Assembly: GCF_009834535.1 (NCBI RefSeq)
Contig: NC_045697.1
Coordinates: 99,946,001 to 100,010,000 of the forward strand
DNA: 64,000 nucleotides
Source: Camelus ferus
Lineage: Eukaryota
Direction: 5' to 3'
Under the pieces are notes generated by a model that saw only the letters and a program-made list of their open reading frames with translations, ran no database searches and was not told where the DNA came from. Shown here piece after piece: positions 53,041-64,000 of this stretch (within the stretch, counting starts at the first letter, position 1; each line of letters begins with the position of its first letter). The translations under genes and the position numbers were made by a program.

Positions 53041-54472
53041 CATACTGACTTATCTTTTTAAAGTCACCTAAATATCAGATAACCAGTCGCTTTATCAGCA
53101 CCTTTTAAAACTGCAGTGTCTCTGTTAACTGCAGGACTCACAGAGGTGTGAATTACTCAGAGCCAGATGCCTCCTAACACCTGACTGAGAGCATCACCAG
53201 GAGGAGGGCAACGATGGACCATCACCTACGGCAGCTCCCTGTGTCTCCTGTCTTACCTGACTTACCTCACGGAGTCCTCACACCTGGCACTGAAAGGTTA
53301 TTGAGCCTTATATAAGGAAATCAAGCTCATAAAGGAAGAGACACTTCCTAAATCACATCTCTTGGTAACGGATGGGGCTGAGATTTTAACCTAGTTTTGA
53401 ATCCGGTGGTGTCCTTACTAAGGGAAGGACTGAAAAAGACTAGAGCCCTGTGAGGGGTAGAGAATGCAAAAGACCAAAAGACGCAGTGAAGTGAGCGACC
53501 CTGGAGTCTCCCCTGTTGCCTGCGGCCCTCGGTGCACTCAGGTACTAGGAACACGCCTGGGCTCCAGCCTCCCAGATCCAGACCCAGACTCAGACCCAGA
53601 CCCAGGCCACAAGGTGGTCCCGGCCACAGTCATTAGCATCACAAGCTGCCCGGTTCCAAATGACAAATTCCTGATTTGTACACAACTACAAAACAACTAC
53701 AAAAAATATAAGGAAAGGTGGCCACGCCCCTGTTTTAGTGTGCAGGCCTGGGAGCCATCCTACAGTGTACAACCTGATCTCTTCACCAAATGGGTCCTCT
53801 CTGTGCGCGATGACGGCAAAGCAGAAAATGTCCACAGTGTCCCTGCAACAGGAAGTCAGCCTCACCCCCTCGAATTTCCAAAAGGAAGCTCGGAGTTCAT
53901 TTTCTCCTCCCTACTTTTAGAGCTCAGTTTATAAACACCTGGAAGATGTCAAAAGCCACCTTAAATCCTACACAAATTATGCGCATTCATTCTGACAGCT
54001 TCTTTGTAGAATAAGGGAAAGTCTCAAGACAAACTGGAATGGGTGACTAAATTGTTCTGTGGACAAAATTCTCTCAAAATTGGTACAACAAGCAGAGTGG
54101 GGAGGAATTCACGGAACAAGCAAGTAACATCTGCTTTTGTCTAATCAGGCTTCTTGCCAGAGCACTTGGTTATTATGTAAGTACAGGAGCCAACCCCATA
54201 CACAGCTCCAGACCACCACCCGCCCCAACACACTCAAGTCACCAGTTACAACACTAGGCTCCCTGAGGAACTAACACTCATTTTACTGGCTTTAGATAGA
54301 ATTAATCTACAAAGAAAAACATTAACTGCTAAGTGCAACTAGTTGCAACTTCATTAATACTACACACTGGCAAGAGGAAAGCGTGTACCCTAAAAACAAG
54401 CCCGGGTTAACTAGTGAGGGTTTCCAGACCGTTGCTTTGTTATTCTCTCTCTCATTACTGGGAATTCTTCGG

Positions 54473-54971
54473 TGTACAGAAAGTTTTCCTCCATTCTCTC
54501 TGAGTTCCTGGCTGGGTCAGAAAATTAAACTGACAAAGACAGACTAGCAGAAGAGCATACAGATGTTACTGAATTTGGACAGGTACATGGGAGTCTTCAC
54601 AAGAGAATGAAGATCCAGAGAAGTGGCCAGAACAGGAAGCTTTTATATCTTTTAGACAAAGTAACAATACATTTTTGAACAATGGACAAGACAAAGTGGT
54701 TAGGGCAAGGGTGTAATCAGCTAGGGCTAACTAGTCTTTGTCTTCCTTCAGTAGGAAGGTCAGTTAGTTTAACCAGGTTTGTTTGCTGTGTCTGGGCTGA
54801 TAAGAGTCTATCCCCAGTAAAAGGACAATTTATCTCCTGCCTTTAGTCATAAACGGGGGGGGGGGGGGGGGCTTTCTCTATGTTTACTGCTTCTTAATTG
54901 CCTTTAGCTCAAAATAATTTCCGTATCAAAGGGGCATATTTTGGGGTGACATATTCTGATTTTCCCTATCA
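54473..54971 (-). mobile_element. ERV1 solo LTR (MER34/LTR39-like), sense to TBC1D9; contains G17 at 54855-54871
   Basis: Minus strand begins TGATAGGGAAATCAGAATATGTCACCCCAAAATATGCCCCTTTG...ATTATTTTGAGCTAAAGGCAATTAAG, a MER34-family 5' signature, and ends CA. Confidence 0.7.
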
Positions 54972-56099
54972 GTTATTAAATGGAATGTTTCCCTAGTTGT
55001 GATGGTCTCCATGTGGTGCAAAAAGTCCAATTCCTGGACAGCCCAACGCTGAATCTCAGATCAAAACTTCTAGATACAGCCTTAGCCTGCACTTATTCCA
55101 TCCCCATGCCTGTGTCGGTAGCTCTCCCAAATTTATTTATCCAGGTTGATCACTAGGTTCATGATGGCTCAGCAAGAGAAACTTGCCTTTTCCTTCCTGT
55201 GTATCTTTATAAAGCTCAGCACTCCAAACACAAGTGGTACTTAAACACATTCCTGACAGGACAGCTTACAGAGGCCATCTCACTTTGGACTTTGGGTAAT
55301 GAGAAACTGTTTTGATCTCTTGGTGACATCCTTTAACTTGAAGCATCTATATTCTGATTCACCTGGCATCCATGAAGCTCCTAAAACTGCATGTAAAAAT
55401 TTTCAGTGTCTTCATTTTTCCGGAGGTAGAATCAATAGTTTTTATTAGATTCTCAAGCGAGAGAGTGAGGAAAATAAAGTTAACCTATGTCATTATAATT
55501 GTCCTTATAAAGAAAAGTAAATACAAAGTCAAATAGGCCTCCCCTTATCAGCTGTGTGACCCATGGCAAGTCACTTCATCTCTTTAACGCCTTACTCTCC
55601 TTTTCTGTAAAATGGGCTAACAATAGCACCATCTTATAATGGCAGGGTACTCTGCACCACTCTCTGCTACTGAGAACAACTACACAAATGGGACAAAATA
55701 TACTTTAAACTATCAAAGAGTTAAAAAGAGACACATCACTTGGGAATGCGGCTCAGACACAAGACCCCTACATGGGGGGCAACTATTATCTGGGGAAGCA
55801 TTTCCTTCTTCCCAAAGGGGACGTACAGTAGCTGAGAGTCTGGATGTGCTTTTAACAGAATCAAAATCTGGAAAGACAGGGATAGACATCAGTGTCAGCA
55901 TAGAGGTAGGAAAGTAATGATGCTCCTCTGCCTCTGGGTTGAGATCTTAGAGACCTACAACCTAATCAAAAGTGTGAATCTTAAGTAGGCAAAACCACCC
56001 AGGTTAGACTTAGCTTTGAAATACATCAGTACCTAAAAATAAAGTGATTTTGGTTTGTAACTGGCAGAAAAAAGTTCTCTTACACCACCTTCTATTTCA

Positions 56100-59000
56100 G
56101 ATTACTTCTGCAAAGCAGAAGTACAACGTCTAGTACATAATGAAAAGTAACCAGGCATACATGGTGACACAATGAATGAATGAAAACTAGGAGAAATAAC
56201 AGACAACAGAACAGACCCACATGAGCTCAAGATACTGCAGTTCACAGAGATTTTAAAATAACTATGCTTGCCATGCTCAGGAATGAATTTTTAAAAATGA
56301 GAGTTCTGATAGATTACTGAAAATATCAAATATTGAAAATATAAAAATGAACCAAATGGAAATCTTAGAATTGAAAAATAATTAAGAATGGGTAGGCTTA
56401 ACAGATTAAATACAGTCAAATAGATAGTGAATTGAAATATAGATCAGAGAAAAAAATCACTAAAATGAAGCAAGTGAAAATCAGAAGGTAACAGACGTAG
56501 AAAAGACAATGAGAAGGTATAACATACATGTAACTGGAATGCTAGCAAAAAAGATCAAGAGAATGAAGGAAAAGAAATATTTAAACAAACAGCAGATGAG
56601 AAGTTTACAAAACCAAGGAAAGACAAGTTAAACAAGTCTTACTACCCCAAGCAGGATTTTTAAAAATAACACAAATAACTGGATATACTAAAACTGCAGA
56701 AAACTAAGGTCAAAGAGAAAAACCTTCAAAAAAAAAAAAAAAAAAAAAGGGAGAGAGAGGGAGAAAGCTTAAAAGCAGCTGGAGAAAAAGACAATAAATA
56801 TTATCTACCTACAAAAGAGCAATAATTCAGAGTGACAGTTTACTTCTTAGGGAAAAAAAAGTAAATCAGAAGACCATGGAACAATACCTTAAGCATTCTT
56901 TTAAAATAAATTATAACTACCAACTATTTTAAACAAAAATATCCTTCAAGAATGAAAGCATAATGAAGACACAGAAAGCACTTAATAAGGCAGCAGATTT
57001 AAACTCAAGTCAAATGTACATTGATTAAATAATCCAATTAGAAGGCAAAGATTTTCAAACCAGGTTAAGAAAAAAAAATCTACTATTTATAAAAGACACA
57101 TCAAAATACAAAGATACAGAAAGGTTTAAAAGTATGAAAAAGAGAACCAAACATTAGCCAAGTAAATCTGTTCTAACTATAATGATGAAGCAAAAAGCAA
57201 TTCTAGAGGTAAAGGCAAACATTTCATAAGGATAAAATATTCAATTCACCAAAATACATTATAATTATAGATGTCTATATAACTAATAATATAGAATCAA
57301 AACATATAAACAAAAATTGAAAGAACTACAAGAAGAAAAACTCAACATTACAATTACGGTGGAGAACTGAACACACATTTCTCTGTAATCAACAAAATTA
57401 GAAGATTAAAGAATCAGTTAATATATGGAAGATGTAAATACTAGTATCAAACTTCACCAAATGAACACAAACAAAGCATTTATCCAGCAACTGCAAGATA
57501 CATTTCTGACTGCAGTAAAATAAGTATCAAAATGTTTGTAAATTAAGAACTATATATCTAAATAACTCAAGATAAAAAAAATCATAATGGAAAATAGAAA
57601 CTATTTTGAGTGAAATAATCACCAAAACACTATATATCAAAACTTAGCTTTGAAATGCAGGTAAAGTCATGCTTAGAGGGAAATTTATCTAAAATGCATA
57701 TATTAGAAAATAAGGCTGAATATCAATTAACTAAACATCACTTTTAACAAGCTAGAAAAGTAGCAACCATGTATACCCAAAGAAAACACAAAGAAGTAAA
57801 TAATAAAAGGTAAAAATTAATGAAACAGCAAATAAATATGCAACAGAAAAGGTAAACAGGTCCAGAAGTTGATTCTTTAAAAAAGACAGAAATTGATACA
57901 TTTCTAGAAAGACCAATTAAGAAAAGGGAGACACAAATAACAATTGTCAGGAATAAAAAAGGGGATATCACTGCACATCCCTGTACATTACAAATATGAG
58001 AATATTATTAATAAATTTATGCCAATATATTTGAAAATCTAGATGAAAAGGATAAATCCTAAAAATAAACAGCTTGCAAAACTCACAGTAAAAGAAGATT
58101 TTTAAATATTTGAATAGTTGTCATACCATTCAACAAACCCACAAAGAAAACTTCAAAGCCAGACAGCCTCACCAGTGAATTTTGCCAAACATGTCAGGAT
58201 GATATAACACTGCTATCACACAAACTCCTCCAGAAAACAGAACAAAGAGTGAGCACTCCGCAACTTACTTTTTAAGGCCAATATAATCTTGATACCAAAA
58301 TTTGATAAGGATGTTATGAGAAAGAAAAACAGGCCAATCTTACTAATTTATAAGGACGCAAAACCCCTAAATAAAAGATTAGCAAGTGATATTAATAAAC
58401 ATAAAAATACATTACAGCCAAGTTGGATTATTTTATGTCAGTTAATATGTCACCACACTAACGGAATAAAAGAGAAAAATCATATGATAACCTCAATAGA
58501 TACAGAAAAGTATTTGAAAAAATTCAGCATCCATAAACAACTAAAAGTTTTTGGCAAACTAGGAATAAGAACATTCTTAAAGTGAAAAAAAAAATTATCT
58601 ACAAAAATCACTATAGTTGATGAATAAATGACAAGTGTTGAAAGTCTTTCTTTTGAGACCTATAAAGGGACAAGGACATGCTCAATCAGCACATCTATTT
58701 GACATTGTACAATTTGTGCAAAAAGGCAAAGAAAAAAATTTTTAAGCATAAAGATTACAAAAAAACAAATTTCTCAGATGATATTCTTGTGTATGTAAAA
58801 AATATAAAAGAATCTATAGATAAATTACTAGAATTCATTTCACAAATCAGCTAGGTTTTGAATACAAGGTCAAAAAAAACTATTTCTATAGGTAAGCAAA
58901 AAAATATTTAGAAAATAAAATTTTATAAAGAAACTATACAGCAGAGTGAAAAAAAAACAAACCCTGAAATACCTAGGAATAAATCTAATGAAAGATGTGA

Positions 59001-60715
59001 AAGACCTCTACAGAGTAATCTATGAAACATCATTGAAAAAAAAATTTAAAAGACCTAGATAAATAGAGGAATATGCCACGTTCATGAACTAGAAGATTTG
59101 ATATTATAAAGATATTAATTTTGCCCAAATTTATTTATAAACTCAATGGGATCTCAGTCAAAATCCCAACAGCTTAAGTCTCTGTTGCTCCTGGTGGAAC
59201 TTAATAAGCTGATTCTTAAATGTTGTGTAAATGTAAAAGACAAAGAATAGCCAAGAGTCTAGTAAAGAACAGGAGGATTTGATCTAATAACCTCATTATA
59301 AAAGCACAGTGTGGCATTGGTGCAAGGATATTCTCACAGACAAAAGGAACGGGTTAGAGAGCCCTGAACAGATCAACACATACTGGGACACTTGATTTAT
59401 GACAAGGTAGCCCCACAGGGCAGTGGGAACAGAGTGGACTTACCAATAAATCATGCTGGGGCAACCGGATGTCCATATTTTTTTTAATTTAAAACTTTAC
59501 CCCTATCTCACACAATATGCAAAAATTAATTCCCAGTGTATTCTAAGTATAAATTTAGGGGTTAAAACTGGGAAGTTTCTAGAAGATAATATAAAAGAAT
59601 ACCTTTATAAGCTCAGAGTAGGAACACTTATTAAACATAATAAAAACACTAACCATAAAGAAAAATGGAGTCTACAAAAGATTGATATTAAAATTAAGAT
59701 CCACTTTTCATCCTTAAGAGAATGAATAGGCAAGCAACAGAATGAAGATTATGCCACACATACAACCAACAGTGAGCTCATATCCAGAATACATTTTTAA
59801 AAATCTATAGATCAGTAAGAAAAAGACAACCTAGCTGAAAAGTGGACAAGAGACTCGAACCATGTCACAAAATATTTCAAACAAACGGCCAATAAGCATG
59901 AAAAGGTGCACAACCTCATCAGTCAAGAGAAAGCAAATTAACTCCACAGTGTAGTATTACTGCAAAACCACCAGAATGGCTAAAATTACAAAGACTGACG
60001 ATGCTGGCAAGGATAGGGAGCAAGGGAAATTCCCATATGCTGTGGGTGGGAGTATGTTGGTACAACTACTTTGGAAAACAGTTTGGTATTATCTACTAAA
60101 GTTGACGGTACACGTAACCTATGAGCTGACAGTTCCTCTCCTGGGCACAGACCAAATAGAAACGCATATCCACAGGCACCAAGAAACACACACAAGAATG
60201 CTCACAGCCACCCTATCCACAATGACCCCAACCGGATCATCCAAAGGTCCTCCAACAGTACAGTGGATAAATATGGAAAAATGATTGTGGTATACTCATA
60301 ACAGTTTTCTGTACAGCACAGAAAAATGAACTACAGCTACAACATTCACGAATATCACAAACAAAGCAAAGAATCCAGATAACGTGTAAACACATACTCT
60401 ATGATTCCATGCACTCCTTGCTCAAAAGACAGGCAAAACCAAAATATTCCTTGTTGGAAAAACTAAAAAGAAAGGCAAGGAAGTGTTTACCAAAAATTAC
60501 AGGATAGTTTGGCTTTGGGTTTTTTTTTCACCTTTGGGGGAGCAAAATAGTGACTAGGAGAGGGTCACAAAGGGGGATTCCAGGGCACTAGCAATGTTCC
60601 ATTTTTTATCCTGATGTTGGCTGCAAGGTGTCACTTGTAATAAGTCACTGCGCTCTGCGTCTCTATTTTATGCACCTTTCTGTACATGATATGAAATCTC
60701 AATTAAAGAGGGTTA
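56100..60715 (+). mobile_element. Long decayed L1M (ORF1, ORF2 and 3' UTR remnants), antisense to TBC1D9
   Basis: A-rich throughout. 58289-58585 translates IPKFDKDVMRKKNRPILLIYKDAKPLNKRLA...KNHMITSIDTEK, homologous to L1 RT (LIPKPGRD...RPISLMNIDAKILNKILA...KNHMIISIDAEK). Many stops and frameshifts. Confidence 0.9.
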
Positions 60716-61200
60716 ATGAATAAATCAAATGCATCTACAATAAAAGACTTTATTTTGTCAACACCTATGTATATTGCCTGAAATCAGGAAAAGAATAGCT
60801 TAATTTTTTTTAAAAAAGCAAGTGTCCTCATTGTGGCCCATTAAAAATAATATAACTTTTGCACTAACATTTATAGCTTTCTCACTAACATCTTAGCAAG
60901 CACTGGGGACCACTGAGCACTCCTGGCCAGTTCACACTGAGTGGGTTTCACTCATCTGTCATCCATTTGATGAGTGGACAATGGTGTATTGGTCCAGATA
61001 ATGCACATTATATAAAAGATCTGAGATCATTTAGAAAATCTCCAACTGATATCTGATACTTGCTCTTCCCTTCTCGCCTCACAGGCCAATTTTTTTCTCT
61101 CTACAGTTCTCAACTCAGGTGTCACTTTCACAGGGAAGCTCTCCTTGCTCCCACTCCCACCCAGAATGAGGTAACCTACATCGCGTTCCTCTCCTTTTGA

Positions 61201-61600
61201 TGTTAGGGATGGTCCTTCTTGGTCTGCCCCCATCTCCCAGATCCATCGCTGGGAGGCTGATCCTTAAGGACTAGATCACCAGGACACCCCATCCAGCAAG
61301 GACAGAAGCTGGGAAGTAGGGAGGAGAGAGAAGTGGGACATGTCCTCCCCATTTCCTTTTTGCTGTGGTCTGTGTTCCTAGTGGTGGCTGCTTCTCTGGA
61401 GGTCCAGATTCTTCCTGCCTGGCTCCAGTTCCCATGGCATCCAGCAACATCATTCCTGCCACCTAGGGTGGCAACAGCTCCCCACTGCTGTGCCCTCACT
61501 GGTTCTGGGAACCCTGCCTCCATCTTCCAAAGCTGTCTTGTCACTAAACTATCTTCATTAGAACTAAGTTGGATTCTGTCTTCTGCTGGGACCCTGTGGA
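61201..61600 (+). mobile_element. ERVL LTR (LTR16-like) nested in an L2 3' end (L2 at about 61060-61200 and 61600-61745)
   Basis: Starts tgttaggga; gggaggctgatccttaaggactagatcacc; ends taaactatcttcatt...ttctgctgggaccctg. L2 motifs (cccactaggctgtgagcttc; atgaatgaa) resume after it. Confidence 0.55.
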
Positions 61601-63559
61601 GTGGTAATTTTATATTAATTTATAGGATACTTCCATCAACATCTGTCTTCTCCCACTAGGCTGTGAGCTTCATGACACTAGCACTTCGGAAGTTGCCAAC
61701 CAGTATTTTAAATGATATAGTGAGTTAATGAAGGCATGAATGAACTCACATTAGAACTGGAGTATTCTATACATTGTACAAGGATTTCTAAAATGTCCCT
61801 GATAACATTCGATGTGGCACCAATCTATCAGAGCAAACATTTTTCCCATGTTGGTTGAAAATAGCCTTTGTTGGCAGGAATATTCGTACTCATTTCAACG
61901 ATTTCAATTATTCTAGCAATAAGTGCAATAGCTGTGATTTCTCAACTGGGTAGGTAAGTTTATCTGAAATAAGTCTCAGTGATGAGATTCCAAGTAGACT
62001 GCAATTAATTACAGCTTGGAGAGTCAGTAGGAGCACCACAAGAAGCTTGACTAGAAAAAGAAGGCTCTGTATCTCTTATTTCTTATAACCCATTGCAAAT
62101 GACTCCAGAAAATAAATACTTGTAATTTGTGGTATGGGAGGGTTAACTCCAGGAAGGAAGTATTCTTTGTTAACACAATAAACTATCTATTCTATACTGT
62201 TGTTTTAGACTTAAAAGACAATCTGGGCTGATACCAACATTAGATATGCAAATTTCTTATTAATGTATATACGTGGACAGCTTCTACAAAATGGACTGGA
62301 AAATTCTGATTCTAAGCTACTAATCAGAATTTCCGGAACACAATCTGGAGCTGGAGCTCTGCAGATTCCTTTTCTTTTATGATAAAAAAAAAAGTGCAGA
62401 AAAATCAGATTACTCATAGACGATCTGATTGCACCAGCAAGATCTTTCAAACCAGTCAATGTCGTACGCTTGAATTTGAATTTTGAGAAAACTAATTTAT
62501 AAATTATAATCACAATTAAATGCATATATATCAAGAATTTTTAGTTCATAGCAGGGCATTTTGAAAGCAGCCATCTACCCAGCACGCGAGCTCCTGGTGG
62601 GTGATATATTCTGAACTCTGAAGAGGTCAAGGTTCATCTCTTTTCTGCAATCTCTTTCTGGTTAAATCTCTCCTGTTTCTTCTGTTAACTTTTCCATTGT
62701 AAAAAGTACCCCAGTTCTGTTCATTGTAACCAACAGAAAGAGGGGAAGGTCCAATTTCTCTAACATGGTTTGAGTTCAAGATTACCCGTAATCTCCCACC
62801 ACGCAAACTAGTTAGTTAGTAAAGGAAGATCTTTCTAATACAGCACCACTTGGGACAGAGGTCTGGTTTTATAATTCAGAATAATACGGCATGTTTCAGT
62901 AATAGTTACGATATTAATACCTTGTGAGGGGTTTTGAGGAAGTAGTTGAGTTAAAACAGTTAAAATGCAGTTACACTTCTGATTATTTTTACAACCAGAT
63001 AACCTGCTTTGTTATATATCTAATTAGGTGCAACAACAACAAAATTCAGTTTTCCTTATTCATTCTCTTCTGTCATAACTAATATAAGAAATGACCACAC
63101 CAGCTCCTTACTAATTGCTTTCCTGGAAACAAAAGAGCATTTTATACCTGATCCTGCCACAACCAGTAAAGCGAATGAAGTAAAAATTAACCGTCCTTCA
63201 CCTCTCTTGCCCATATATAAAGCAATATTTTTTAAAGGGGGGAGAGGGTTAGTACCGCATTCAATTCGTAAAGATTGACGCTGCCCCCACCCCAGACTCA
63301 CTCATCTCCATTATCAACATCACCCATTTGCGGGGAGGCGGGTACACGAAGGGCCCCACCGCCTGACAGGGTCAGAAAAGAAGCATCTCTCTCACAGTCT
63401 GAAAATTACGGCTCCTGATGCCTTCCTGGCACCAAAGTGGGGCGGGTCGCCCAGCCCCGAGAGACCGGGCGGCGCCTCGGGTGCCCGCAGCCCAAGGCCG
63501 CGGGCGGCGCCGCAGCGCCCCGGGCCCCCCTCCCACAGGGGCCGGCCGCGGGTCCTTAC

Positions 63560-63689
63560 CCGCCAGTCCGCCGCCGCCGCCTCCATCGCCCGCGTGCCCC
63601 TTCCTCCGCTGCAGGATGAAGTAAGGGTTGGCCCTCTCGGTGATCCACAGCGCGTTGGCCAGCAGCACCTCTTCGGGGTTCACCCACAT
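63560..63689 (-). CDS. TBC1D9: TBC1D9 coding exon 1 (130 nt from the start ATG)
   Basis: ATG at 63689 (gggaacATGt) translates [43 protein letters not shown], the recognisable TBC1D9 N-terminus with a Gly run. Donor G|GTAAGG from 63559. Confidence 0.98.
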
Positions 63690-63825
63690 GTTCCCGGGCG
63701 CCGCCGGCGGACGCACAATGGGGCGGCGGGTCGGGTCCGGCGCACACCAGCGCGCACAGGCGCGCACTCCCGGGCACACGCGCGCCCGCCCGCCCGCCGG
63801 CGAGGTGCGGCGGCTGAGAGCGACT

Positions 63826-63918
63826 TCACCAGGGGGTGGCCCGCGGCGCCCGGACGGAGACAAAGCCCCCGCGGCCGGTTAGGGAGAACCGCGAGGAGGC
63901 TGGCACCGCGAGCAGCAT
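63826..63918 (-). other. Candidate upstream ORF, 30 aa ([30 protein letters not shown])
   Basis: Only minus-strand ATG upstream of the main start within the window. Context gagaggATGc (A at -3); TGA at 63828-63826. Real only if the TSS lies upstream of 63918. Confidence 0.5.
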
Positions 63919-64000
63919 CCTCTCCGCGGCGCCGCCGCCCCTCGCGAGCCCGCGGCCGCAGATGCCCAGGCCCTTCGCTCCGCAGCCTGGCTGGGGCGCA

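Larger units (their letters stand above)
63430..64000. promoter_or_regulatory. CpG island covering TBC1D9 5' UTR, exon 1 and proximal promoter (runs off window)
   Basis: Abrupt shift to very GC- and CpG-rich sequence with GC boxes (GGGCGG/CCGCCC) around the start codon. Confidence 0.92.

Noticed and set aside
52469..53732. CRISPR-like repeat-spacer array
   Set aside because: Only two dispersed copies, in a mammalian intron, with no regular periodicity or cas genes.
56100..60715. Active L1 or domesticated reverse transcriptase
   Set aside because: ORFs are fragmented (longest about 100 aa) with many stops, frameshifts and deletions.
63372..63559. ORF read-through beyond exon 1, and overlapping GC-rich ORFs on both strands
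   Set aside because: A consensus GTAAGG donor ends the exon at 63560. Long stop-free frames are expected in CpG islands.

Overview
Mammalian genomic DNA, most likely a camelid (tRNA-derived Vic-1-type SINE plus cetartiodactyl-type L1 3' ends). The window holds the 5' part of TBC1D9 (Rab-GAP with GRAM, TBC and EF-hand domains) on the minus strand. It covers the CpG-island promoter/5' UTR at the right edge and coding exons 1-5 (130, 111, 119, 229 and 262 nt, all GT-AG). These splice into an uninterrupted 851-nt ORF start (283 codons + 2 nt); the gene continues past the left edge. Introns 1-4 are 42,958, 11,417, 7,012 and 414 bp and are filled with ordinary mammalian repeats (L1, L2, MIR, LTRs, hAT elements, microsatellites). 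Repeat family names come from recalled consensus sequences, not a database search. I found no new multi-gene system. The most unusual structure lies in intron 1 at 51.1-53.7 kb. A 101-bp stretch is copied in inverted orientation 1.1 kb away (100/101 identical) between a 9-bp direct repeat. Immediately after it is a permuted three-block direct repeat carrying KLF/SP and CCAAT motifs. Other points: a 30-codon uORF, a SINE retaining only its 5' head, an isolated L1 5' head, and candidate enhancer motif clusters.
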